In this document: positions 36,724 through 48,982 of the stretch, piece after piece
How positions within the stretch are numbered: the first letter of the stretch is position 1
Layout of the letters: every line of letters starts with the position of its first letter
Notes under the pieces: model-generated
The model's database searches: none
Told to the model about the DNA's origin: nothing
What the model saw: only the letters and a program-made list of their open reading frames with translations
Source of the DNA: Squalus acanthias
Taxonomy: Eukaryota
Direction of reading: 5' to 3'
DNA: 64,000 nt
Assembly: GCA_030390025.1 (NCBI GenBank)
Contig: CM059433.1
Span: 2,356,001-2,420,000, forward strand
Program-made: the position numbers and the translations under genes

Positions 36724-38950
36724 GTGGGCCCAGAACAGGGAGAAACAAAGCTGGAAGTGCAAGTTAGAAAAGTAGTCAGCAAAACTAGTAGGGAGCAGAA
36801 ACAAAGGCCAACAGTAAAGAGGGTCAAAGTGCAGAAAAATATTAAACAGGCAAAGTTGAAGGCACTTTATCTAAATGCACGTAGCATTCGCAACAAGGTG
36901 GATGAATTAATGGCACTAATAGAAGTAAATGAGTATGATGTAATTGCCATTACAGAGACATGGTTGCAGAGTAACCAAAGCTGGGAACTGAATGTTCCAG
37001 GGTACTCAACATTTAGGAAGGACAGACAAAAAGGAAAAGGAGGTATTAATAAGGGATGAGATTGGTACGGTAGAGATAAAGATCTTGGCTTGGCAGATCG
37101 TGATGTAGAACTGGAATCAGTTTGGGTGGAGCTAAGAAACAGCAAAGGGCGGAAAACATTGGTGGGAGTTGTGTATAGGCCACCAAACAGTAGTGGTAAT
37201 GTAGGGCACAGTATCAATCAAGAGATTAGAAGTGCATGTAACAAGGGCAATACGGTAATCATGGGGGACTTTAATCTACATATTGACTGGGCAAATCAAA
37301 TTACCACTAATGGTGTGGAGGACGAATTCTTGGAATGCATGCAAGATGGTTTCCTGGATCAGTATGTGGAGGAACCAACCAGGGAACAGGCTATTCTGGA
37401 TCTGGCGTTGTGTAATGAGAAAGGGCTAATTAATAATCTTGTGGTAAAGGGGCCTTTAGGGACAAGTGACCATAATATGATTGAATTTTACATTAAGTTT
37501 GAGAGTGATGTAGTCCAATCTGAAACTAAGATCTTCAATCTAAACAGAGGAAACTACAAGGGTATGAGGGATAAGTTGGCCATGGTAGATTGGGAGACTA
37601 CACTAAAAGGTATGAAGGTGGACATACAATGGCTAACATTCAAGGAAATAATGCATAATTTGCAACAAACATATATTCCTCTAGAGCATAAAAACCCAAA
37701 AGGAAAAGTGATCCAACCATGGCTAACAAAAGAAATTAAAGCTAGTATTAAGTCAAAGGAGGAAGCTTATAAAGTTGCCAGAAAAAGTGGTCAGCCTGAG
37801 GATTGGGATCTTTTTAGAAATCAGCAAAGGGGGACCAAGAAATTGATAAAGAAAGGGAGAATGGAATATGAGCACAAACTAGCGAAAAATATAAAAACGG
37901 ATTGTAAAAGCTTCTATAGGTATGTGAAAAGGGAAAGACTGGTGAAGGTAAATGTAGGTCCTTTACAGTCAGAGACGGGAGAACTTATAATGGGGAATGA
38001 GGAAATGGCTGAGAAATTAAATAAATACTTTGTTTCTGTCTTCACGGAGGAAGACACAAAAAACCTCCCAGAAATCCAAGGGTGTGGCGAGAATGAGGAA
38101 CTTAAAGAAATTATTATTAGTAAAAAAACAGTACTAGCAAAATTAATGGGACTAAAAGTCGATAAATCGCAAGGACCGGATGACCTACATCCTAGGGTTT
38201 TGAAAGAGGTGGCCATTGGGATAGTGGATGCATTGGTTGTCATCTTCCAAAATTCTATAGATTCTGGAATGGTTCCTGCAGATTGGAGGATAGCAAATGT
38301 AACCTCGCTATTTAAGAAAGGAGGGAGAGAGAAAATGGGGAACTACAGACCTGTTAGCCTCACATCAGTAGTTGGGAAAATGCTGGAATCTATTATAAAG
38401 GATGCAATAACTGGCCACTTAGAAACTAAAAGTAAGATTGGGCAGTGTCAACATGGATTTATGAAAGGGAAGTCCTGTTTGACAAACCTATTGGAGTTCT
38501 TTGAGGATGTAACTAGTGGAATAGACAAAGGGGAACCGGTAGATGGGATTGATTTGGATTTTCAGAAGGCCTTCAATAAGGTCCCACACAAGAGGTTGGT
38601 GAACAAAATTAGGGCACATGGAATTGGGGGTAATATACTAGCATGGATTGAGAATTGGTTAACAGACAGAAAACAAAGAGTAGGGATAAACGGGTCTTTT
38701 TCAGGACGGCAGGCTGTGACTAGTGGGGTACCGCAAGGATCGATGCTTGGGCCCCAGCTATTCACAATCTATATCAATGATTTGGATGAGGGGACTAAAT
38801 GTAACATTTCCAATTTGCTGATGACACAAAGCTAGGTGGCAGTGTCAGTTGCTAAGAGGATGTGAAGAGGCTTCAAGGGGATCTCGACAGGCTCAGTGAG
38901 TGGGCGAGAACATGGCAGATGGATTATAATGTGGATAAATGTGAAGTTAT
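36724..38950 (+). pseudogene. CR1 ORF2 (APE endonuclease plus reverse transcriptase), disrupted near 37050 and 38810
   Basis: The 111-aa and 581-aa ORFs carry APE and RT motifs; the C-terminus resumes after 40410. Confidence 0.93.
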
Positions 38951-40410
38951 AAGAACATAAGAAATAGGAGCAGGAGTAGACCAATCGGCCCCTCGAGCCT
39001 GCTCCGCCATTCAATGAGATCATGGCTGATCTGATCCAACCTCAACTCTAAAGAACACAAGAAGCAGGAGAAGGACCAGGCCACTCGGCCCCTGGGCCCG
39101 CTCCGCCACCCACAGGGCCTTGACCGATCCGAACTCAAACTCATGTCCAATTTCCAGCCCGCTCCCCGTAACCCCTGATACCCTTTACTTCTAGGAAACG
39201 GTCTATTTCTGTTTTAAATTTATTTAATGAAGTAGCCTCCACAGCTTCCTGGGGTAGCAAATTCCACAGACCCACTACCCTCTGAGTGAAAAAGTTTCTC
39301 CTCATCTCAGTTTTGAAAGAGGAGCCCCTTATTCTAAGATTATGTCCCCTAGTTCTAGTTTCACCCATCATTGGGAACATCCTCACCGCGGCCACCCGAT
39401 CAAGCCCCTTCACAATCTTATATGTTTCAATAAGATCGCCTCTCATTCTTCTGAACTCCAATGAGTAGAGTCCCAATCTACTCAACCTCTCCTTGTATGT
39501 CCACCCCCTCATCCCCGGAATTAACCGAGTGAACCTTCTTTGTACTGCCTCGAGAGCAAGTATGTCCTTTCTTAAGTATGGACATCAAAACTGTATGCAG
39601 TACTCCAGGTGCGGTCTCACCAATACCCTATACAACTGCAGCAATACCTCCCTGTTTTTATATTCTATCCCCCTAGCAATAAAAGCCAACATTCCATTGG
39701 CTTTCTTGATCACCTGCTGCACCTGCATACTAACTTTTTGATTTTCTTGCACCAAGACCCCCAGATCCCTTTGTACTGCAGTACTTTCCAGTTTCTCGCC
39801 ATTAAGATAATAACTTGCTCTCTGATTTTTCCTGCCAAAGTGCATAACCTCACATTTTCCAATATTGTATTGCATCTGCCAAATCTCTGCCCACTCACCC
39901 AGCCTGTCTATATCCCCTTGTAGGTTTTTTATGTCCTCCTCACTCTTTACTTTCCCTCCCATCTTTGTATCATCTGCAAACTTTGATATGTTACACTCGG
40001 TCCCCTCCTCCAAATCGTTAATATAGATTGTAAAGAGTTGGGGACCCAGCACCGACCCCTGCGGAACACCACTGGCTACTGGTTGCCAGTCCGAGAATGA
40101 ACCATTTATCCCAACTCTCTGCTTCCTGTTAGATAACCAATCCTCCACCCATGCCAGAATATTACCCCCAATCCAGTGATTTTTTATCTTGAGTAATAAT
40201 CTTTTATGTGGCACCTTGTCGAATGCCTTCTGGAAGTCTAAATACACTACATCCACTGGTTCCCCTTTATCCACCCTGTACGTTATGTCCTCAAAGAACT
40301 CGAGCAAATTTGTCAGACATGACTTCCCCTTCATAAAGCCATGCTGACTTTGTCCTATTAAATTATGTTTATCTAAATGTTCCGCTCCTGTCTCCTTAAT
40401 AATAGACTCC
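38951..40410 (-). mobile_element. 5'-truncated CR1 inserted antisense into the RT of the host CR1, with a tandem double 3' tail
   Basis: Host gtgaagttat|ccactttgg is split; ORFs 39585-40412 and 39141-39512 are the RT C-terminus; tail motif at 38951 and again at 39051. Confidence 0.95.
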
Positions 40411-43400
40411 ACTTTGGTAGAAAAAAGAGAAAGGCAGAGTATTTCCTAAATGGTGAAAGATTGGGGAATGCAGATGCTTAAAGGGTCCTGGGTGTCCTTG
40501 TACATGTGTCACTGAAAGTGAATGTGCAGGTGCAGCAAGCCATTAAGAAGGCAAATGGTATGCTGGCCTTCATTACAAGACGATTTGAGTACAGGAGTAA
40601 AGAAGTCTTACTCCAATTATATAGGGCCTTGGTGAGACCACACCTGGAGTACTGAGTACAATTTTGGTCTCCTTACCTAAGGAAGGATATGCTTGCCATA
40701 GAGGGAGTGCAACAAAGGTTCACGAGATTGATTCCTGGGATTGCAGGATTGTCGTATGAGAGGAGATTGAGTAAACTAGGCCTGTATTCTCTTGAATCCA
40801 GAAGAATGAGAGGGGATCTCATTGTAGCATACAAAATTATTACAGGGCTTGATAGGGTGGATGCTGGGAGAATGTTTCCCTTGGCTGGGGAGTCTAGAAC
40901 CAGGGGCCACAGCCTCAGGATAAATGGTAGGCCATTCAGGACTGAGATGTGAAGAAATTTCTTCACACAGAGGGTGGTGAATCTTTGGAATTCTCTACCC
41001 CAGAGGGTTGTGGAGGCTCAGTCATTGGGTATATTCAAAACAGAAGTCGATAGATTTCTGACTAGTAAGGGCATCAAGGGATATGGCGATAGGGCCGGTG
41101 AATGGAGTTGAGGCAGAAGATCAGCCATGATCTTATTGAATGGCAGAGCAGGCTCGAAGGGCCGAATGGCCGACTCCTGCTCCTATTTCTAATGTTCTTA
41201 TGTTCTTCATTGGCTGTAAAGTGTTTTGGGACATGCTGAGGTTGTGAAAGGCACTATAGAAATGCAAGTCTTCTTTCAATCTACCCTATCACAGACAGTA
41301 CTGAACTGTCTCCTTTAGTCTCCTGGGTGAAGGTTCTTGCATAAATACTTCAGAATATTTTTCCATTCTTACATCTCCCCCCATTCAACTCTGGCAGTCT
41401 GCCTTCCACATATTGGCCCATAAGTAGAACATCAACACTTCTGAGATGTTCAAAATCCGAGGCAGTCCCTACCGACACGCTGGTGGAGTTGAGATGTTTC
41501 CATTGTAACATGTTGCGCCCGATTGGTTTAAAAGCTTTTCTGCAAGTTCTTTGAAAATGCCAGACTTGGAATAAATTGAAACTCTGCTGTATCATAATAG
41601 GAGAGAGGAAGAAAGTGGCAGAAAATCTATGAACTTAAAAAGATGGTGTCTTGGTTTCTACGATAGAGTGAAATTTGTGAAGCATAACAAAGATTTAGTT
41701 TTAAATGAGACAAGCTATTTTACAACTGGCTGATTTGGAAAGGTTGCTATTTATTTGATGAGCAGTGGTGTAGGAAACAGTGAAAAGTTCAAAAATCCTA
41801 TCCGCAATAAAACCCTGAACCCGTAGGCTTTTGCGTTTATTTGGGACATTTCAAAAAGAAATAAAATGTGATTGAGTTCTGGTTCAGTGAGCGTTGCTTT
41901 AAATTTAAACTATTCATTGGGGGTGACCTCTATATATGTGAGCTTGATAGAGCTATGAAAGATTAGGTTAGTAGTCACACGATAATCATATTCTTTTGAG
42001 CATATCCCAAAGAGAATTAATGAGAGTTATACAAAGAAATTTACACTGAGTCTATGAATAAAGTCTCAGAACTTTATCTTTCACATAACCAATCCATCTC
42101 ATGAAGTTTTTTTGTGCACATGCAAGGCTGGATAGGAAGATTCAGAGCAGGAATATTACAGTTATTCATTAATACTGCTGTCACTGGGTAGTTGGGATAT
42201 GTTCAAAGAAGAACTATATTTATTTGACGTTTCATATCCTGGAGATAAATCCAATCTATTGTCTGCAGGCTTTAAGAAGGCTATCAAAACTGATATAAAC
42301 TCTGCATATTTCAAGCAAGAAAGGGAAGTGGCAGGTTGACTAAATGAAAGGACTAGTTGAAATAATGGGAATTAATATGTAACAAAAATTTACCTTAAAG
42401 TGACATTTTATGGCTACTAATTATGAACATTCTAGTAAGTTTTTAATATTTTCAAGCATTTATTGTGTTTTTTACAGTCTCTGAACCATTGTATCTTTAA
42501 TTACCAATATAGAGTCTTAAAAGTTATTTCATTCCAAAGGTACCTTGAATTAATCTAAGTGTGAATCAGCTCTCTCGGTGTTCCGGCATAAAATTTCCTG
42601 GACCATTCACCGCCAGCATAAAGTTTGACTTGGGAATTTCATAGTGAAACGTGAAGACATGGAAACTGCAACACTGTCGTTCCAAAAATGTAATTATATA
42701 TTCTGTCTGAAATGATTTTCAAACTCAAGTGTGTTGTACAACCAGATCACATACCAGAGAGTGGTGGTTTTGGTAAGTAATCTACTTGTTGTGGCACTTG
42801 TGGTGCATATAAGTTATGATTATTTTTACCAGTCCCTGGTGTGTATCGCCTATAAACCAAGCATTACTCTTTTATAATACATGTGCTACTTTTTAAAAAG
42901 AAAAAAAACGAGTTATTGTTGAGTGGTCAATTGTCTCGCTGATTGCTTTGTAAAGGATTGTGAACCATAAGCTACGCACTTCTAATTTCAGAGACTGCAG
43001 TGATGTGTATACAGCAGGAACCTTGAGTTAGAGGCGAATGGGAGGGGGCGAGCGCAGGCCGGCAGCTGTCTGCACGTGCTTGCCGCATGTTTCACGAATA
43101 TTGCAGAAAGGTCCTGAAACAGGTACAGGACTCTTCTGCATATTTAATTTGGGCCAACGCTGCTTTCCGGAGGTTGCCACGAACATCTAAAAACAGCGAG
43201 GACCAGTATAGCCTGGCGGTCTTTCCACTGAAGGTAGATTTGCATTCCTTGCTTTTCCTCCCAAAATGAATTACATCACACTTATGCAAATCAAATTGCA
43301 AAAGCCACCAGTTTGCCCATTCTTTTAATTAACAAGTATTAGCATAGGGCGGTGCAGTGGTGACTTGTAGCTCTAGTGCTCTGTGCGGGTGGTGGTAGGG

Positions 43401-44105
43401 CACAGGTTTCTACCCTTGTTATTTGATCTTCGTCATACAACAGGGAGAGGCAGTATGTGGAAGCCAGGTGTTTCCTAAGGAAAGCAATAAAATAAAACTG
43501 AAGTTTGCAGCATCAAATAAATGCTTAAAATTAATTGAAGTGGATTTGCGACACAGTTTAGTAGCAGTGCACTGGACTTATGAAGAATGCTAGGGGGGAG
43601 TTTTAAACTTAGAAATGCTGGACATTTCCTCTTTTTAGGGATATCAATGCATGTGAGTTCTTAAGCTTAAAAAGTTAATACAATGTGACAGAGGAGTGGG
43701 TATTATGCAATCTGGTGGTTGCACTCGTCGCATTGCTTTAATACAAATAAAACCTGTTGAGCAGCTCCTACAAAGTGTGTTCATTCAGTTTCCACCCCCC
43801 CCCTTCAGTGGAACAAGGTAAAAGGGATGTTCCACAGCAAAACAAGATTTCAGAATAAATAAATTCTATTTATCAAAGCAAAAGCATTTTCTATTGAAAA
43901 ATGTAACGCAAGTACACTTCTGCTATAATCCAAATATAATAGAATTAAGCCCATTATCCCAATATTATGGCCTCACATAGTTTAATTCAACCTTAGAAAC
44001 ATTAATTTCCAAGAGTTCAAAGAAAAGGCATGATAAAACCACTTTACAATGTATAAGAGAAAGCAGTATTTCCCCCTAAGAAATTCAGAAGCATTACTTG
44101 CCCCT

Positions 44106-44195
44106 AATCAGCCATGATCCCATTGAATGGCGGAGCAGGCTCGAGGGGCTGAATGGCCTGCTCCTGCTCCTATCTTCTATGTTTCTATGTTTCTA
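44106..44195 (+). mobile_element. CR1/V-SINE 3' tail fragment
   Basis: atcagccatgatcccattgaatggcggagcaggctcgagggg...ctatgtttctatgtttct. Confidence 0.85.
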
Positions 44196-45020
44196 ACTTA
44201 TCTCTCTAATTTTAGGAATCATCGTGAATAGATGCCTTTATGATTTATTGTGAATGAGATGTGTGGACAGTGAGCAGGAGGTGCTACCGAAGAGTGAACG
44301 TTGGCTGTGGGCGCTGTACGTTCAGGGAAACCTATGTTGGAAGTGCTGATGTGTGCTTCACCAATGACTCAGAGGGAGGAAACATGCGAGTCTTTGCCAA
44401 AGGAAATGAGACCAAAAGCTCTCCTCAAGTGTAAACTGAACAATAAGATGAGGTCATCCCAGCTGCAAAAGAAAATGTACTTTACATTTTTTTTAAAACT
44501 ACCATGAATAATAGCTTATCTTTGAAAAAAGTTCTGAATAGCAACAAGGTACAAATGCAATTATATTTATCAGGTAAAGCTGTCTTACTACTCTAATTAA
44601 ATTATAGATTCATTTTAAAAGATTGATTATTAAAGAGAGAAAAGACATTAAGGCATTTAGGGGGAAAAATTCAGTATCGCCCCATTTAGGGCGCAATTAT
44701 CGGCCGGGCGCAAAGATTAGCGCCTCGCGCTAATTATCGCCACTGACTGCAAACTTGACTTTTAACGCCCCGGGAGGTGATTGGAGCGCTAAATCAGGCG
44801 CTGCACACCTGTCTTAAGGCGCAAAGGCCGAGGAGTGAGGCGCTAACTCAGAGCGCGGGCGCAGCGCAGGTGATATCAGTTAGCGATGGAACACAGACAC
44901 ACTGGCGCCGGCCAGTTCTTAAAGGGGAGGGTCGATCTTGCTCTCCAGCCACACCCTGCTCATTGGAGCCTTGAATCTCGACCTGGAGAGACCTGTGATT
45001 ACATTTTCAAGCCAAGGACT

Positions 45021-46819
45021 ATGGAGAGGGTGAGAGAACGAGCTCAGCGCTTCAGCGAGCGGGCCTTGGATGCTCTGGTTGGCGCGGTGGAGCGCAGAAA
45101 ATCTATACTCTTCCCTGAGAGTGGCAGGAGGCCTTTGCCGCGCGAGTACAGAAGAGTGTGGAGGGAGGTGGCTCAGAGCGTCTCCTCCAGGAGCATGGTG
45201 CCCAGGACCCATGTACAATGCCGAAAAAAGTTCAACGACCTCACTCAGGTCGTCAGGGTGAGTGGCTTTTTTTCAATACCTCTCCATCCCTCCATCTCAA
45301 CCTCACTCTATGGCCAGAGGGTCTTAAAACCCCAATTAACAACACTCATCCAACACCTATGGCCCTTTCATGAAACACACACACACATTCCACACTTTGC
45401 ATACAGTAAGGGCTATTCACCTATGGGAGGCACATCAGGCAAGACCATGGCTGCATACAGTAAGGGCTATTCACCTATGGGAGGCACATCAGGCAAGACC
45501 ATGGCTGTATATTTACTCAGACGCCGTCCTTTTTCTTGCAGGCCAAGCTGTCTCATAATAGGAGACAGCAGCAACGGACGGGTGGAGGGCGGCCTCAGCT
45601 GCAACCCCTCAGCGATCTTGAGGAGCGCGTCCACAGGATTGTGGCAAGCCGGGTGATCGGTCCCGTCGCCACTGGAGACGCCGACCCCGTTCTGGACAGC
45701 AATGGTAAGGTCATCACCTTTTTGTCCTCTGTCCTTCCACTTGTCCCTCACAACACCAGCCTTTGACACTTTCAATCCAACTTACTAAATCGCTGCACTT
45801 ATTCCTCCCTTACTGCCACCCTGTCCTCACGCTAAAGCCACTCTTGTACCTCCGTGCTTTCTGATGATGATTCACCAGCTGAGGAGACGGGCCTTCAAGC
45901 TGCCAGTGGAAGTGAAGCTGCAGCCGAGGAGGAAGATGAAGGCAGAGCATCAGTGCCACCCTCTCCCGAGGAAGCCCATGCCCACACTGGGAACATGCCT
46001 TCCCTGGAGGGGAGCAGGGGGGAAGGGTCTGTTGAGGGTGAAGCTCCAGGACCCAGCGGGCTGCAGCAACGCGATGGGGGTAGGGAAGCTCGGGGGCCTT
46101 CTCCCCGGAGGGAGAGTAGGCCAGCGAGTCCTGCTGCACTGGACGCAGAGGAGGAGCGGCTCATCGCTGAAATGAACACCCAGGCGGTGGACATGCACAC
46201 TGAGCTCATGGGTGCAGTGGGAAGGGTGCCCGAATGCATTGAATCACTGGCAAGGAGTGTGGAGCACTTCGCTGTAGCACAGGCGGATGCAACGCTAAAG
46301 CTTAGTGCTGCAATTCAGTCTCAGACTGCTGTCATGCAGACTCAGATTGAGACCATGCGAGCACTGACTGCTGCCATCCTCGATGGTTCGGACACATTTC
46401 CCCGGGGCTCTCACCGCGCCGCAGCAGGCCAGCAATCTGTGCTCCAGCAGTTTGCTCCGGATGCTGAAGTGCTGCCCCGTGGGAGTGCCAGTGTGTCGGT
46501 CGAGCAGGGAGTTGCTGTCCTCTCTCAAGATGACAGCATTCCTGCTGCCACCACTGTCACTTCTCCACTGCACTTGCCACCGCCTGTAGGACAGACTGCT
46601 GCCGCCCATGCAGAGTTGGTGCAGTCTGCAGCCGGGCCCTCCAGGCCCAGGGCTGGTCGAGGCCGTCCTTCAAGGGCATCTGCAGTCTCAGGTTATGAGA
46701 ATCAGCAGCCTTCCACCAGCCTTGCTGCAGCCACTGAGGTCCCATTACGGAGGAGCAGTAGGGTGGGAAGGGGGGAAGTGCGCAAGGGAAGGAGATCACC
46801 CTCGAAGGGCAAAAAGTAG
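45021..46819 (+). CDS. Harbinger Myb/SANT-like DNA-binding protein, 3 exons (45021-45257, 45542-45704, 45879-46819; about 446 aa)
   Basis: RAQRFSERALDALVGAVERRKSILF...W...QCRKKFNDL; donor GTGAGT at 45258, acceptor TTGCAG at 45541, exon 2 AKLSHNRRQQQRTGGG, donor GTAAGG at 45705, in-frame acceptor CACCAG at 45878; heptad-like segment and basic C-terminus. Confidence 0.85.
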
Positions 46820-47130
46820 GAGGTGTGACAAAATGTTTGTCAATTTTTTATTAAAGGCCGAGGTTCGTGTTTAAACTTTTGTTTAGTGTTTTGGACATTA
46901 TCTCCAGGTTGTGAGAACCAGTTATGTTAATGATTGTTTTTTTGTATTTCTTTCTATTAGTTTGTCATGAAGAAATGACACACACAGAGTTTGTAAAATA
47001 AATAAGTTTTTGTATTCAAAATGTACATGTTTGGTCTTTGGAATCATTACTGCCTTGGCCGGCTTAGGGGTTGCGGGTTGGTTTCATTCATGTTGTTCTC
47101 AATGGCAGAAGCCATTTCCTCAGCAGGGGC

Positions 47131-47229
47131 CTAGAAGTGGCTTGCTATCAGCCGTTGACGGATGGCCCTTGCAGTTTCAACATTGTGGGCCGCCCTCCCG
47201 CCTTGGTGCTGCTGATGATCATCCTCCTC

Positions 47230-47260
<31 letters not shown>

Positions 47261-48291
47261 GGTGGTGCTCCAAGGCCTGGTGGCATTGGCTGGGTCCTGA
47301 GGATTGCCATGTTATGCAGCATGCAGCACACAACTACGAAGTGGGAAACTCGCTCAGGCGAGTACTGCAGGGCTCCTCCAGAATGGTCCAGACAGCGGAA
47401 CCGTTGCTTGAGCACGCCGATTGTGTGCTCAACGATGTTCCTGGTAGCTTGATGGCTCTCGTTGTACCGCAGCTCAGCAGGGGTGTTGGGCGTACGGAGC
47501 GGTGTCATCAGCCAGGTGCTCAGTGGATACCCCTTGTCCCCGAGAAGCCAACCAACTGGCTGATGCGGTGCCTCGAAAAGTTCTGCCACAGTAGTCTGGC
47601 GCAGGATGAAAGCATCGTGGCAGCTGCCAGGATAGTGGGCATTGACAGCGAGTATCAGCTGTCTGTGGTCACAGACCAACTGAACATTCAAGGAATGGAA
47701 CCCCTTTCTGTTCCGGAAATCCTCGGCATTCTCATGCGGAGCACGCAAAGCCACATGCGTGCAGTCAATGGCGCCCTGCACCATGGGGAAGCCCGCTATC
47801 CTCGCAAAGCCCAGAGCGCGTTCATGCTGCTTGTCTGGGGTCATGGGGAAAGAGATGTACTCTTGTCTCCTTTTAAAGAGGGCATTTGTGACCTTCCTGA
47901 TGCAGCAGTGCACCGCGAACTGGGAGACATTGGCGAGGTCCCCAGCAGCAGATTGAAATGAGCCAGTAGCATAAAAGTTCAGAGCCACTGTGATCTTCAC
48001 TGCCACCGACAGAGACGTCCTGGACCTCAGTTGAGGCTGCAGATCTGGCTGCAGTAGGTGGCAGAGCTCAGTGAGCACCTCCTTGCTGAAGCGCAGCCTT
48101 CGCAAACACTGCTCATCAGACATATGAATGTAGGAGAGCTGGTCACGATATACCCTGGGAGGGTAAGCTATCCTGTACAGACGCCTGTTGGCCCTCTTCC
48201 GTCTGGCCATCATTGGCACTCTCTCTCTGCGTCTCTGTGTCCTCCGATTCAGCTGGCGCAGGACGACGCCCCCAATCAGTGCAGCCCCCAT
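47131..48291 (-). CDS. Harbinger (HARBI1-like, DDE_Tnp_4) transposase, 386 aa, intact
   Basis: Uninterrupted ORF with GAIDCTHV, YPGSCHD, LLGDKGY and RNIVEHTIGVLKQRFRCL; N-terminal helix-turn-helix-like ALNFYATG...SQFAV. Confidence 0.96.
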
Positions 48292-48982
48292 AGTCTCTTA
48301 GCAAGCAATGTTATGAAGGCCAAAAACCAAAGTACCAGCGAAGTTATGATCAGTAGCCAAAACTACCTCACACAGCGTTGACTCAATGCAGAAGTCTCTC
48401 GTTCTCTCTCTCCGAATCTCTCTCTCTCTCTCAGAACGAGTGGTGCAAAAATGTCAACCACAGAGAAAGACACGAAGAGGCCCCCTTTAAATAGCGCCCC
48501 CCCCAGCCCCACAGCGATTGATAGCGTTCCAGTCTTCCGGTCGTTGGATGCGCCAGGCGGTAAGGATGGGGGTGCCACTCAATTTCTGCTCCGGGGCGCC
48601 ACAAGGGCGTTGCACCCTCGTATGACGTCAGAATCTGCGTGCGCAGGAGATCGCGGCGATTAAGTTTAGCGCCGCCGCAAAATGTCTAGTTAAGTTCGCG
48701 AGCGGCGCAAACTTCGGCGCGCCTGCGCGCTAGCTGCTTTGCGCCCCATTAGCGCCCTCTTAAGGCGCTAACGGGAGGCGCAACCAACTGAATTTTTAGC
48801 CCTTAATATTTTGCAGTAGCACATTGATTAATACGTTGATGTAAAATCCTTTGCGCTCTATTTTAACACTGTCTTTTAACCCATTTTGAAATAAACAGGC
48901 AATAACTGTGTTAAAATAGCACACTAAGGGAATTAAAGGATATCACAAATGGAAATAAGACTGTTCAGAGTTAGGATTTATA

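Larger units (their letters stand above)
35868..41205 (+). mobile_element. Near-full-length CR1 LINE (SGNH-esterase ORF1, APE-RT ORF2), interrupted at 38951-40410
   Basis: ORF1 motifs IGDSIVR, LPGARV, VHISTND and DGLHL; ORF2 motifs YLNARS, ITETWL, GDFN, SDH and RT motifs; tail ends at about 41205. Confidence 0.96.
35481..41275 (+). mobile_element. Deu-domain/SacSINE1-like SINE (35481-35867 and 41206-41275) split by a CR1 insertion
   Basis: ...cacttcaaaa at 35867 resumes as cttcattggctgtaaa at 41206; these are nearly contiguous in the other SINE copies. Confidence 0.88.
44660..48802. mobile_element. Full-length PIF/Harbinger DNA transposon (4143 bp), potentially autonomous
   Basis: 16-bp TIRs GGGGGAAAAATTCAGT / ACTGAATTTTTAGCCC (2 mismatches); TSD TTA at 44657-44659 and 48803-48805; two convergent genes; CpG-rich termini. 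Confidence 0.97.

Noticed and set aside
29640..42780. Further exons of the PA-domain gene (candidates near 29650-29850, 31680-31830, 41390-41560, 42480-42770)
   Set aside because: Splice-like signals exist, but translations contain stops or lack convincing motifs; TBLASTN is needed.
47071..47961. 296-aa plus-strand ORF
   Set aside because: Antisense shadow of the GC-rich transposase with no recognisable motifs.
47131..48291. Domesticated host HARBI1 gene (with NAIF1-like partner)
   Set aside because: It lies inside TIRs with a TTA TSD and has a MITE derivative, so it is a transposon, not the domesticated locus.
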